DNA of 62,579 bases, filler included, from Rhabdomonas costata (lineage: Eukaryota): the NCBI GenBank assembly GCA_019059605.1. It is 20 parts of 20 records of this genome, joined end to end, with 100 filler letters (N's around TTAATTAATTAA, not from the genome) between each part and the next. Parts side by side here need not be neighbours in the genome. Positions count along the whole stretch, not along the records: positions 50,170 to 53,191 come from JAHMHO010001513.1; positions 53,292 to 56,319 come from JAHMHO010001514.1; positions 56,420 to 59,450 come from JAHMHO010001515.1; positions 59,551 to 62,579 come from JAHMHO010001516.1; 16 more parts are not named here. The stretch is one strand, 5' to 3'. The position numbers were made by a program, and so were the translations under genes. Below are positions 50,170-62,343 of this stretch, piece after piece (the stretch's first letter is position 1; each line of letters opens with the position of its first letter). The notes beneath the pieces are model-generated. The model ran no database searches, was not told the origin of the DNA, and saw nothing but the letters and a program-made list of their open reading frames with translations.

Positions 50170-51919
50170 TGTGGTGGGTGTGGTTGGTGTGTGGGTGGAG
50201 CAGGCCCTTGCCCGGCTGTTTCCGGCAGCACAGGGGCAGCAGGGCTTTGACCAGAAGTTGGAGGTGATTGCGGAGCCGGGTCGGTTCTTCGCCACGGAAG
50301 CCGTCACGCTGGCGTGCAGCGTGATCGCGCGGCGGCCGATCTTCAAGGAGGCCCCGCCGGAGCAGGAGTCAGCAGAGCCCCAAGTAAAGGTTTTTGTGTA
50401 TTCGTGTGTGGTCCCGAACCCGAGTGCGACTCGCGCTTGCCGTTGCCCGTATCTGGGGAGATAGAAAAGGGATACGAGATAGGTTTCTGCGCGTGGTAAG
50501 GAGCTCACTTGTGGCTCTTCAACTGTTTGCTGCTCTGCTCCCTTTCGGAGGTGCTTCCCGTTATGGTCTGTTTTCCCTGCTCACCCATTATCCGTGAAGT
50601 GGCTGGTTGTTTTGCGGTGGGAGCCGGAATTCGAATCTACAGAGATGAAAGGTGGGGCGAGAAGGGGTCTCCCTGCTCGCTTTGTTGATTTTAGGAGCTC
50701 ATCAAAGGGTGGCAGTACTACCTCTCAGACGGGGTGTATGGATCCATGAACAACGCTATGACGGAACACGTCCACCCCGTTCCTCGGGTCGGCCTCCACC
50801 CCACTCTGCCTTTGGAATGCGGGTCGTGCGATGGAACATCTTGCAACCCCACCACCACCAATCATAGCAGTCCCTTCGGAGAAGTCGATGGTCATGGCAA
50901 GTTGGCACACATAAGTCCTCTGCGTGAGATTGCTTTTTCAATTTTAAAGTGCATGCGAAATAAAGTATAAATAGCAAAAACGGGGAATAATCCCCAATCC
51001 AACCGCAGCGACAACGGCTATAATCAAGCGCAGTATCAAACGCTGCTAAAGAAAAGTACTGCACAATCCCGCCCAGTACTTTTGAGGGGATGTATTTTCG
51101 CTTTTCGCACGAATTTGACCTGAAACTCAAGCTGTGTAGATCTGGGCTTTTGGTTCGATTGGTTATGCTTTGTGCGCTTTTGCCACCTTCTTTCCCGTTT
51201 AGTCAATGTGTGATTGCCTGCCGCGTTTCTCTGGCGTCGAGCAATGCCTGTCATCAGCTTTCCTTTAGACGCTCCTTCGAGATGTGCCCTGTCTTTGAGA
51301 GTGCCGATCGAAAAAAATGGTTTGCGCTGAAAAAGAAACGGGTTTCAAAACGCAGCCCCGCAGCCCCGCAATCCCTATATGGCGTTCACGCGGGTGCAGA
51401 TTTTGTACTCCGGGAATCCCCACGTCTCAGATCCGGGCAAGTGGATGCAGTGCACTCTTTTTGGGCCCACGTGCAGCAGGTCGCCGCTTTCCCACCCTTT
51501 GCTCCGGAAAAGTTATTCCCGACCAAGCGGCGTGACTGTGCGACGCTGTGGTTCCAATTGCAGATCTTGTCGCGCTTTTTCTGTTTTTTGTCTTTTTCTG
51601 GCCTTCTATCTCCCCAACATTCACATTGATGTGTGTTCACTTCTGCTTTGCACCGGAGCGCGGGATATGGTTTGTTTCCATGGCTTTTCTTTTACGTTGT
51701 CTTTCCCGTAGTAGTGACGTGGTGGACCAGTCAGTGTGGTTACCGGAGCTGCTGGTGGGCGACTGGCTGTACTTCCGGCTCTTTGGCGCGTACACCATGT
51801 GCCTGAACACACGGTTCAACGGCTTCCCCGTGCCCAAGGTCTTCTATGTCATGGCCGCGCCCTCCTCGGTAGACCAGCGCACTGCTGAGGCGGACACGAC
51901 GAAGCACATTCAAAAGTAA
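50170..51919 (+). CDS. Ornithine decarboxylase-family (group IV PLP-dependent) protein, 3' half; exons ~50170-50383/50389, 50695-50787, 51400-51479, 51712-51919
   Basis: VIAEPGRFF, YYLSDGVYGS, LFGPTC, LPELLVGDWLYF, GAYT and FNGF occur in the order seen in eukaryotic ODC. Introns are GT-AG and in phase. Stop is TAA. Confidence 0.93.
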
Positions 51920-52957
51920 ATAATGGGAGGAGCGAAAACCATCGCATCTTCGGTTTGGTCATTCTGTTTGCGTGAGGCTCATCTTTCCCACCCTCCCACA
52001 CCCAGTCGCGACATGTTGGAGTGGTTCTTAGAATGCACCCAGACCCCATATGCTGTTCAATATGCTCTGGCCTATCAACTTCATTCCCATGAGAGTTTGA
52101 AGATAATGTGAGGGTATGAGGGAGAGTCAAAGGGGTCTGAGGAGGTGGTTGAGGGAATGGGTTGCTCAAAAATTGACTGTGCATATCGTGTTCAACAGTT
52201 TGTTTTCGATGTTATAAAGCAAAATGGGAGTTAGGTGTGTGAAGAAAATTCTTCTTCTCTTTGAGAAGAGCCATTCAGGAGCTTGTATTTGTACTCACTC
52301 TCTCGTTGGTTTTTCAGCTTATTCTTTGTCATATTCTTTTTTAAAGTGATTCGCTCGATACATTTTCTGGGGTTCCCTTTGAACATGTTGCATAGTATGG
52401 TTTACACTCGTTTTTCTTTGATAAATGAGTTGTGTATGGACAGCTCCTGTTCAACTGTAATCCCAGTGCTGTGCGAGAGCTTCTGTTCGCCCACATGGCC
52501 CAGTCCTGCACTGCAGCCCTTTGACTGTGCCTCTCTGTAACCTTCTCTCCCCTCCGTCCCTCCCCTCCGATGGATCGCAGGGGAATTCCATGGTACCACA
52601 GCGATATGGCAAACATTAACTGGCTCTTGACGCTATGAAAGGTGAAAGTCCTGTACCCTTTTGATTATCTGGCAATACTCTGAAGTTGGCAGTTGGCACA
52701 CCGAACTAGTGGTCCTTGCAGCGCTGGTTTTCCTTTTGAACACTTCGAAGCTTCTTCCCTTTCACCGCCTTGTTCGCACCTGTGTACCTTCCGCCGTGGT
52801 CTGTGGTCTCTCAGCCTTTTCTGTGGTCAACGCGTCCTCCTTACTCGTCAGTCTCTCTCAACTCCAAAATGGCGAGCGGGAAGATTTCTGTGGAGGTACC
52901 GCTGTCGTCTTTCAAGGGTTTTGCACGGTGAGTTGCTTATTTTCACCACTCCACGCG

Positions 52958-53068
52958 ATGTGGTCGGCTGTGCTTCGGCAGGCCGCGGCTGGGGCGCTTG
53001 CCCTTGCCCTGTTCGCGGCAGTTGGGCTTGCCCTACTGCTACGAGCGACCGAGGAGCGACCAGCTCAG
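52958..53068 (+). CDS. Possible first exon of a signal-anchored protein (MWSAVLRQAAAGALALALFAAVGLALLLRATEERPAQ)
   Basis: ATG, a hydrophobic helix and a CAG|GT donor. Confidence 0.35.
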
Positions 53069-55274
53069 GTCGTCCCCGCGTGGAAAGCTTCTCGTCCGGT
53101 CATCTCTCTGGGCATAAACCTTTAACGGTGGTTTCCACAGTTCTCATAAAATTGGCATCACCAGGGAATCGTTAGCAAAAAAAACCACACANNNNNNNNN
53201 NNNNNNNNNNNNNNNNNNNNNNNNNNNNNNNNNNNTTAATTAATTAANNNNNNNNNNNNNNNNNNNNNNNNNNNNNNNNNNNNNNNNNNNNGGTGGGGTG
53301 GAGCAAAGCTACGCCTCCTCACGTACACCGCTCCCTTCTTTCACGCCACACACCTTCGAAAGAGTACGGACTTCGAATATATCCCGAAGAGGGCATCACT
53401 AAGTGCGGGAAGAAAAAAGGAATTGTAAAAGAAGCTGTGAACAGAGCTGAGGACATTCATGGGCAGGTGACGGCAGCCGTGTCGAACCTCCTGACTGGCG
53501 CCATCACACATCGGAGTGTCTGAGTCAGTGAGCGGAAGCCTGTGGCGGAGAAGAGAATGGGCCACCGACGCGCACTGGGGAAATGCCCATGGTCGTAATC
53601 TGGGAAGCTGGGATGGTGTTCTAGGAGACGTGTTGCCAAAGGACTCAGCGGAACTGCCAATTCGATCCCGAGGGAGCTCCGACCCATTTCCCATGGCAGT
53701 ACGTGAGCGGCGGGGAAATTACTGCCAGTCAAAGAAATCAGCTTAAGCAGCAGCAGAAGATTACAATGCACACGCAAAAGACAGTGGATTTTTTTCACTA
53801 TTGCTCCAATCAAGGGAGTGTGTTTTTCCCAGGAAGCATTTGGCGGGTTCTGTTTGAGAATTTGAGATGAAAAAACATGACAACCACTTTTTGCTGTGAG
53901 CACTTGTTGATGCCTTCGTCCATAGCCTTCGTTTTTCGGTCGTCTCGAAAGAGATATCTGGTGGTACCCTCCACAACCACAATCAAGTGCCAGAATGAAA
54001 TGCCGAAAAAACGCAGTTAACCGTCATCACCGCCGTCGCGTGAGTGGCAACCCCCTTACTTTTAGCACTTCATCCAAATAAATTAGACCTTCTCTATCAT
54101 GCCTTTTTTAAGTGTCGACCCAGCCAAAGTCACAAACACAAAAAAAGAGGCGCTCATTGGCACTGCATCACAGTGCACGTCTCCGGCAGGTACACTTGCC
54201 CACCTAACGCGACCAGCTACCTGGAATTGAAATCACAACATCAAAGCTCGCGCGCACGCAAGTACACGCATACACTTGTGCTACCAAATCAAAGGCAAAA
54301 AACCAGCTTTTGAAAAAGCAAAAGAAACCTTGAACTTTCTGATCTGCAAGGGGGTGTTTTGACAGGACACGGTGCCGAAGGGATACAAGGAGAGGAAGAG
54401 AGTGTTCTTCCAGACCAGACGCAGCCACCACGCTGGGAGGCTGTTCCTAACAATGGGCACTGAAAAGTGGTTACAAATTACATGGCTTAACTGATACAAA
54501 TACACACGTTTTTCGGACGGGCTGGCAAAAGGCACGCACCTGCAATATGTGCACTTCAGGAAAGACTTTCTTGCATCACGCAAGCACCAACCCCACGAAT
54601 CACCTGTACTATTCCCTCACCAACTCAGATTCCATTGGAGGGACAAAAAACACGCACCTCATTCTAGGAAAAACAAAACAGAAGTCATTTGAGTGATCTG
54701 AATTTGACGGCCGTTTCCTTCCCAGATGAGGTCAGCGTGAGCGAGTGGGAGCGTACCCACTGGCCGGATGCTGATTTCCTGATATATGCCCATCCCATCA
54801 GTGAGGCACAAACAAACACTTCCCGAGAGATGGGGCATCACGGCTGCATCACGGCAACTTCTCTCTTACACAGCAGCTCCCTACGGAGCCCACAAAAGGC
54901 TTTGTGTAGGGCGCACACTTTGTGCACTTGGCACACAAATACACAACGCGCATTCGGGATACGGGAGAAAGGCAAGCAAAAAGAAGAATTGACTGCAGAG
55001 TCCCCCACCGCTCCAGCCACATAGCCAACCCCATTCACACTAAACACGAATAAAAACGAACAAAAAATTTCTCTGCCACACCACAGGCAAAGTGCGTCAC
55101 GCAGCATGCAATGACACGCGGCTCTTCTCCCCAGCGGGAAAAATCGGAGGATGCGGTTTTTTTTTTCATGAAAGGGTCTTCTTCTTCTTCACAATGACGA
55201 ATCTTAGCGCCGCACAATTGCAATGGGTGATGTAGTGTGACAGGGTAAGGGGTATATAGGAAGTGGAAGTGGTT

Positions 55275-56151
55275 CTAGGTCCTGTTCTCACTGGTGCGGG
55301 GAACAAACTCCAGGAAGTACTCCGAGCCCTTCCACCGAGCGCCGCATTGCCTGCACACGTAGTGGTGCAGGCCCTGCACAAGGGCATCGTTAAAACAGCC
55401 GGGCGAAGGTATACCGAGCTTTTCATTTTTTTGTCATCCAGATCCCCCGATGACATACTGCGCTGGCACCAAGGACACCGACAAACATACTCGCACAATG
55501 TAAGGAACAAAATGGGGCGCCATTGAAGAATTCTCCAAAGGATACAGCAGTGATCTGCGCAAATCTGATGCGCCGATAAGCGGTCTTGTGCAAAACCCAG
55601 AATCCAAAAGCGGGTGCAAGTTTCGCAGGTGCAGAAAAGGTGTGGAACACAGAAAAGAAAAAGACTACAGATACGACTGCGCAAAATGAGATGCTTTACC
55701 TTACTCCTGGTAACGGTTACCAGTGGTAACAATTTTTAGTGTGGGTTTATATTTTCAAAGAAGGCGTTTAAGGGTCCCCAGGTCACGTCCCACCATGTAG
55801 CCCAAGTTGCAAAGCACCGACAAGGGAAGGCTATACGACAACTCCCGGGCTGTTTAGTTTTTCCAGGGATGCAAGGAAAATCAGCGGAGTGACAACAGAG
55901 TCGACCTTCCTCCACCGCAGGCGCTTCCACTTCGTGGTGTGCAGGCATGGCACAAGCTCCACTCCTGCGGGGGTGGTCACGCACATCGCCGGGGGTCCCT
56001 GTTTGCACGCGAGAGGCTGCTGCGGCACCCTTGCCACCGGTGTGGCGTGCGCCGCCACCACCACAGGAAGAACCACCCCGGGGAGCGGAACGAAGGGCAT
56101 CACAGACGGTGGCGGGACCACCACTGACTTCCCGCACACTCCGGTGGACAT
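55275..56151 (-). CDS. Small protein with a Pro/Val-rich N-terminus and a C-terminal CxH...CxxC zinc-ribbon-like domain; exons 56151(or 56232)-55906 and 55373-55275
   Basis: The spliced product is ...ELVPCLHTTKWKRLRWRK/GLHHYVCRQCGARWKGSEYFLEFVPRTSENRT*. The intron is GT-AG, phase 0. The second exon is not in the ORF track. Confidence 0.8.
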
Positions 56152-58004
56152 TACTGTTGCCGCAATGTCACCGCGGTCGTCCCTGAATACATCAGGGCAT
56201 CCAAAAAGTGACCGCCCCGGACAGCTTGTCATGAGATGCTCTAATTCGCCCGAACAGGATTCGGAGCGCCAAACTTATATCATTGATGTGGGGAGGTGTT
56301 TTTGCAACACCCAAACACCNNNNNNNNNNNNNNNNNNNNNNNNNNNNNNNNNNNNNNNNNNNNTTAATTAATTAANNNNNNNNNNNNNNNNNNNNNNNNN
56401 NNNNNNNNNNNNNNNNNNNCTTCGTTTCTTGCTGCCGCGGCAAGGGCATGTTCAGCTGATGGAGGGGCGATGTACTGCTGAAGAGGCATGAGTTTTATCT
56501 CTCGTTGTCAAGATAAATGGAAAATGATGTCTGTGAGGTTTTTCTTTGGTCATTGCCTCATTTGTTTTTGGATTTGGAGGACAGTGAGGGTCGAAAGAAG
56601 AAAGGCAGAAAGCCGGGACCCGAAAAATACCTTTTATATTGGTTCTTATGAGAAAGAATAAGAACTTTTCTTATTGGTTCTTATTCTCAGATGAAGCTCC
56701 GTGGTTTTTGGCGGAAGCTAGATTCATCTTCGGGTGCTGTTGTTGAGTCAGACTGGCCTTTGGAAAGGGCGAAATGGGATCTTACCCCTCGTTCAATGCT
56801 TGCTGCGAAGAAAGGGTATGGCAACAGAAAGCGGCCCGCCTCAGAGAGGTCATTGTCATTTGGTTCCCCTCCCGGAAGAGTTTTGGTGTCTTTGTGTGTG
56901 TGTGTGGTCCTTCTCCTTCAATTTTTTGTGAAGGTTGCAATACAGAGGGCGGATTCCGGTCCCTTACTCGGGCGATGCCTGCATCCCGCAAGGTTCTCCG
57001 AAAGTATCGCTTTGCCTTCCCCTTTCACAACTTCTCCGCCAAATTTTGTAGCACCCCGTTCTTTATTTCCCAACTCACAGTTTTGCACAGAGCTTTTTTG
57101 AACACCACATCACTGCTCAGTGCCGGTACTTATGTCAATGTAAATGTGTTGCGCTTCTGCGGCTTCTCTGAAATTGGGTTGTCACCCATAGCTCGGGGGC
57201 GGTTCGCCTGACCAAGCGGACGAGTTCATGCAAGGCGGCCAGATTTCGACTGGCTTTTCAGCTGTGGTGACCTTGCTTGGCGGTGTTGTGGTGACCTCGG
57301 TCCAGGTGCCTCACCCTTTGTCTTGGCGTGCACATGTACAGACCACCCGGCTGGCTATCTCGGGGTAAATATGGCACTGTAGGGCCCCAAATCCCTCATG
57401 AACCCACAAAACTTGCTGAACGTTGAGAACCCGTAAGGCCAAAAGTACCCATTGGTTCCCAGGCTGAGAAGCTTTCTGGGCCCCGCCCGTCCGTATTCGA
57501 CTGTCTCCTTCCCTGGTTTGCAGCGGCGCCGTCTGAGAAGAGAAGGTTTTTGGGGCTAATTTTGCTTTATTTGGGAGGCTGCAGGGAATCATGAACTTTG
57601 AGCGTACCTCAGAGTGCCTGAGGTACGTTCACCGAGACACCTCGGTACTTCCAAGACTGCCGTTTCAACGGTCTTGCGGGGTGGCCATTGCCGTGCCCCC
57701 TATGGTATGCGACGGTGTTGATACATTTCCGTTGTTAACTGGAAAAAACACTTACACGTCTGCTCCGGTGACACAAGTCAGCAATTAGCTGTGGAGAGGT
57801 ATTTTGTACGAGCAAGCAAGGTAGTGATTTGGATTCCTCGCAATCATTTGTTCTCAAAGTTATACTTCCACTTGGCAACTGCCTCGTTGCCTTTGTTGCC
57901 TTTGCGTGCGTTGGAAAAGCAAATTACTAAGCAGGCTTGAAACCAAGCCTCGAGCAACCAAGCGCTGGTGAGTCCTCGAAATCGTCCTTTGCATAATGCG
58001 GCAG

Positions 58005-58687
58005 GAGAGCCAGAGCTCCACTGGCCCCCACTGCCCGTCGGTGGCGTACTTCGGGGGCTGCAGTGACAGCGAGAACTGTGGGGACGTGCTGCTGTGGAAA
58101 GGGGGCCCGCAGTGGGCCAGTGGCCCTCCGCTTTCGACCCCGCGTTGCTCCTTTGCAGCCGCGGGAGTGTCCGATCGCATCGTTGTCGCTGGTGTGCCCT
58201 CCAATGCCGACACACCCGTCAGCATGTGCCAAATTGAGTACCAGCATATTAAAGAGCAAGCACACCAAAGGGTTGTGGTCATCAGACAAACGGAGACAAA
58301 CGGAGACAAACGGAAGAAATGAATACACCTCTGCAGCACCGAGAGCGAGAGAGATTTTGAACGTGGTCCAATAGTGCGCCGAGCTTCAGCTCGGATACAA
58401 ATAGCTCTGGGCGCCGGTCCTACTGATGGGAGGATTCTGGTCCTCAAAGATCGCATGTGCCGCACCAGTAATCTGAAAAATTAATAACTTGCGGCGCTGT
58501 CCCCGCCCCACCAAGCGTCTTTCTGGGTGGTCGCAGGTGGGCTTGGCCCAGGGAACACCCCACTGCGCTCCGCAGAGTGGCTTGACCTGGCCTCGGGGCT
58601 GTGGCAGGCACTCCCGTCGTTGGGAACTCCCCGCGCTTCCGCGTCGGGAGCTGTACTGGAGGACTTCTTTTATGTCTTCGGAGGATG
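58005..58687 (+). CDS. Kelch-repeat protein, two exons (58005-58191, 58537-58687)
   Basis: YFGG...W..GPPLSTPRCSFAAAGVSDRIVVAG/GLG...LRSAEWLDLASGLWQALPSLGTPRASASGAVLEDFFYVFGG shows the kelch GG, W and PxxxxxR motifs. The intron is phase 1. Confidence 0.88.
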
Positions 58688-60591
58688 GTTGGTCCCTTAT
58701 TTTTTATGATTCTTCCGTTTCACCCGTTCTTCGAGTGTGCAAATGGTCGCGGCTCTCTCTCTCTCTCTCTCTTTTTTTTTTTTGATGATGAGGTTTATTA
58801 TGTGCCGGTCATCAATTGTGGCGTCCTCCCTTTCCCCCCGCCCGTTCGCCCCAATCCATTCGAAGGGAAACCCAAACGGTCTCAATGACCTTGCGGAGCC
58901 CCTCCCTCATAGATTTTCTCTCTTTCTGATGGCGATGGAGGCATTTTCTGACCTTTTCAGGCGATGAAGTTTGAAGTTGAGCCTACTTCTGGATAGCATC
59001 ATTAGGGCACCGGCTTTCCGTCATGCGTCAACATAAGACAGAGAACTGTAACTGTAGGCTCGCCGTCGGCCTGCCTGCAGACCAGTCATTTTCTCCTGTT
59101 TGGTCACCGAATATCTTTGTGGTGCCGCGAGACTTCCTACCCCTTTTCAGTGGCTCCTGCTTCGGCATTTCACCCTGAGTTTTGGGAAGCTTTGTTTTTC
59201 AGTCTTTCCGGCTTTCTGCAGTGGTTGCGGTTCCCGCCTTTCCCTTTCTCTCTAACCAAACTCAAACCCGCAAAATGAAACATCATTGAAATAAAAAACT
59301 AAAACCAAAAAACCTGTAGACGATGCAACGCAACCTCATGCACGCTCGGTTTCTGTTTCTTGATCTGCGCGCAATATGAAGTCTAATTGCACCTATGCAT
59401 GGCAGGCTAACACCAACTTTCTCCCCTCCACCTGCAGAACCCCCCCCAACNNNNNNNNNNNNNNNNNNNNNNNNNNNNNNNNNNNNNNNNNNNNTTAATT
59501 AATTAANNNNNNNNNNNNNNNNNNNNNNNNNNNNNNNNNNNNNNNNNNNNGTGGTTGGTGTTTTTGTTGTTGTGCCTTCCTTGTTTTCTTTCTGAGTCGT
59601 TTTTCTTCCTTCGGGTTGGTTTTTGTGCTCTTCGCTGCTGAACACGTGCCATTATTCTCGCTGTCACGGTTTCATCACGCTAAATTTCTGGCTTCCCCTG
59701 TTCGCTTGTCTCGCTTGTGGAAATAGAACACTAGCCTTTGAGGGGAGGGGAGATGGTGGATGAGGGGGAGCGGGCGTCGGGTGATGTGAGCTTGGTGGTG
59801 TCGAATGAATATTCCCTTTTAATTGGCCATTGGGGCATTGGGACACGGGGGCATTGCCGTCAGTGATTTGGGCTGGCCCAGCTTTGACACAGACATTACT
59901 TCTGCAGGCAGTGAGGTTCCGCTGAGCGCTGGACGAGCACACAAAAGTTTTTTTCGGGTGGGGGTGGTGTTCGCGATTCAGTCGGTGTTCATTTGGACTC
60001 CCGCCAAGCAGCAGACGCAGGAGTGGCGGTCAGCACCACCCCTTGCTCATGCCACGGAGGTGGGAGACTTGGTCTGAAAAGCTGTATGATGAGAAACACC
60101 TTCACATAAAACCCGTGGCTCTATGTCAAACGGTGCGCGAGTACCTGTGCTGCACATGTGTGCGTTGAAGGCCTACTAATGTTAGAGCCGAAGGAAAAGG
60201 GGTTCTCATTCTCACATATAGTCACACATACTCACTGATTTGTGTGGATGGATTGACATCCTATTCTTTCGCAGAGTTGACCAGGGGGGTATTTTTATCT
60301 GATGATCCAGCGTGTTCTAACGCCTCGCAGCTGGCAACGAGCGTGACCCCGCATGGATTTCACACACGCACACACAAACATCTAACATCCTGTGCCCGTA
60401 GTCAGTGATCAATTGGTTCTCGAGCGAAACGCCCACAATATGCGAATACGCTTCGCATCAGTCTTCCTCTTCGAGAAAGAACTGCAGCCAAAGCACAGGA
60501 GCATAGCATTGGGGGGACGCCTCCATAGGGAAGCCAAGAGCCAATTTAGGGGAAGAGGAAGGGGGCGGAACAAGGGAAGGCGTGCACTTGC

Positions 60592-60684
60592 CTTGTTCTT
60601 CCAGAACCCGTACATGTACGCGTTGCCGTGGGTGGAGCGGCGGCTGCTGTCGACCACAAAGATCTTCCCCACCGGAAATCCCAC
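60592..60684 (-). CDS. STE24: CAAX prenyl protease 1 (Ste24/ZMPSTE24, peptidase M48), single internal exon
   Basis: VGFPVGKIFVVDSSRRSTHGNAYMYGFWKNK matches the Ste24 segment FPLxKxFVxDGSxRSxHSNAYxYGFxKNK. CAG acceptor and GCAAGT donor. Confidence 0.88.
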
Positions 60685-62140
60685 CTGACGGGCCAAGCTC
60701 TCGATTTTCGCACGAAGAGCCCCCTCTTCCAGGGGTGTGTACTGCGCAGCGCGCGGTGGGGAGGGTAGTCCCGGGCAGGAAGCAAAGATTGGATCGCAAA
60801 GTCACCCCGTGCAACCACGTGGCCATGTGCTGCGGTTTCATTTCTGTGCCCACCGAGCAGAAAGCAAATATGAACTGCACAGCCCCGCTCCGGCTATGCA
60901 CTTGTAAGAGCTTGTAGGAGCTTGTAGGAGCTGGAGTTTTGCAGACGTCGACAGCTGGACTTTGATTCATCAGCAACTACGCCTATATGTAAGAATCAGT
61001 GTGTCGAACGAATGTGAGTGTGTACTGCAGCTCACGTGTCTGAATGAATTTTTTCCATGGCAGGGACTTTCTGGTCGGCCTGCCGTTAATTGCCTTGCAT
61101 TAACATGCATGTGCATGAAGAACATCCCGAAGGCGTGCACCGGCCCTTCCTCAGATGCGGGTAGCCCCTACATAGCATTGTGTATGTGCTGTGCGCTGGG
61201 CGACTCGCTTCGCACCTTCTTCGTACGACAGCACACGCCGATCCCCACAAAAAGCTCTCAGTCCATACCTACCTCTAAAGCATCGACCCAGGTCAACGGT
61301 CGCCTACCCAATATCACATGCAGGTATAGGTCGCTTCCGCATGTCTGATTCAATATCAAAGCAACCGGGGGAGGGGGGGGTGTGGTACTCCCCGTACTGA
61401 ATGTCGTCCATGGCGGAGGCGTCTGCCCCCAGCGGAAGCTTTGGCATCGCCTTGGAAATGCTCACATTGCGGTCAAAATCCTGTGGGAGCCCCCCACCTC
61501 CTCTTCATGGTTGCGCTTGATGCATGGTGTCAAAAGCCATGGGAGCTTCAGAAGAAGGCAAGAATAATAAACAGCAGGAAGATCCAATCGAGTGTCGCGA
61601 CGCATCTCAATACGCACACAGGGTGTGTGTGTGTGTGCGGAAGTTTCATGCTGCTGGAGAAGCAAGACATCTTTGAGACGATGAAGAAGAAGGTACTGAG
61701 GCTACCGCAAGACGGGGGTTAACATTGGGGCAACAATAAGATCAGCATGACAACCGCATCCTAGAAACCTTCTGCCAACTCTCCCTCCCTCTCTCTTTTT
61801 GTCCATATGCTACAAAATCATCCGGAACATGGAAAGGAAAATCATCCTAGTGTGACTGTGTGTTAATTAACCCCACTAACCTCCTTTTGATAAAGTTTGC
61901 TTCGACTGCTGAATTCACAGAGAACGCGTCCTCAAACTCACAAGGGTAATGTCACTCATCGCTCCGAAATAAGCGGTTACCAGTGTGCCGAGTGCGAAAT
62001 TTACTGGCTATTGCAGGGATGCTGAACTTTGCCGGGTTTGCTGATCTGTATCCGTTTGTATCAACAGGTGTGGTTGGCATGCTCGTTGACCGATCGATAG
62101 TTTAGATCGATAGGTTATCGATGGGGGGGGGCGCAGCTAC

Positions 62141-62343
62141 CGCTGCATCGAGCGAGCGGTACTGCGGCTCCTCTTCGGCCTCGCTGGATTCCTGCTCCTC
62201 CTGCCCGTCCGCATCGTCCGCGTCCTCACTGCCACTGCCACTGCCACTACCACTGCCATCCCCGCTGCCCTGGTCGCTACCCTCCTCGGAGCTGGTGCCG
62301 TAGTTGAAGTCGTCCCCATCATCGTCGCCCAGGATAGTCTGGC
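62141..62343 (-). CDS. Exon encoding an acidic Gly/Ser/Asp/Glu low-complexity segment
   Basis: GQTILGDDDGDDFNYGTSSEEGSDQGSGDGSGSGSGSGSEDADD..., bounded by CAG and GT, with high GC3. Confidence 0.55.

Noticed and set aside
55585..55650. HLFCTCETCTRFW on the minus strand as the second half of the zinc ribbon
   Set aside because: It lies in pyrimidine-rich intron sequence without a fitting acceptor. The exon at 55373-55275 fits the phase and matches the paralogue.
59588..59614. CTTTCTGAGT...TTCG resembling the Euglena spliced-leader exon
   Set aside because: Only the first 10 and last 4 nt match. The context is T-rich and low-complexity, with no GT directly after, no Sm site and no adjacent 5S gene.
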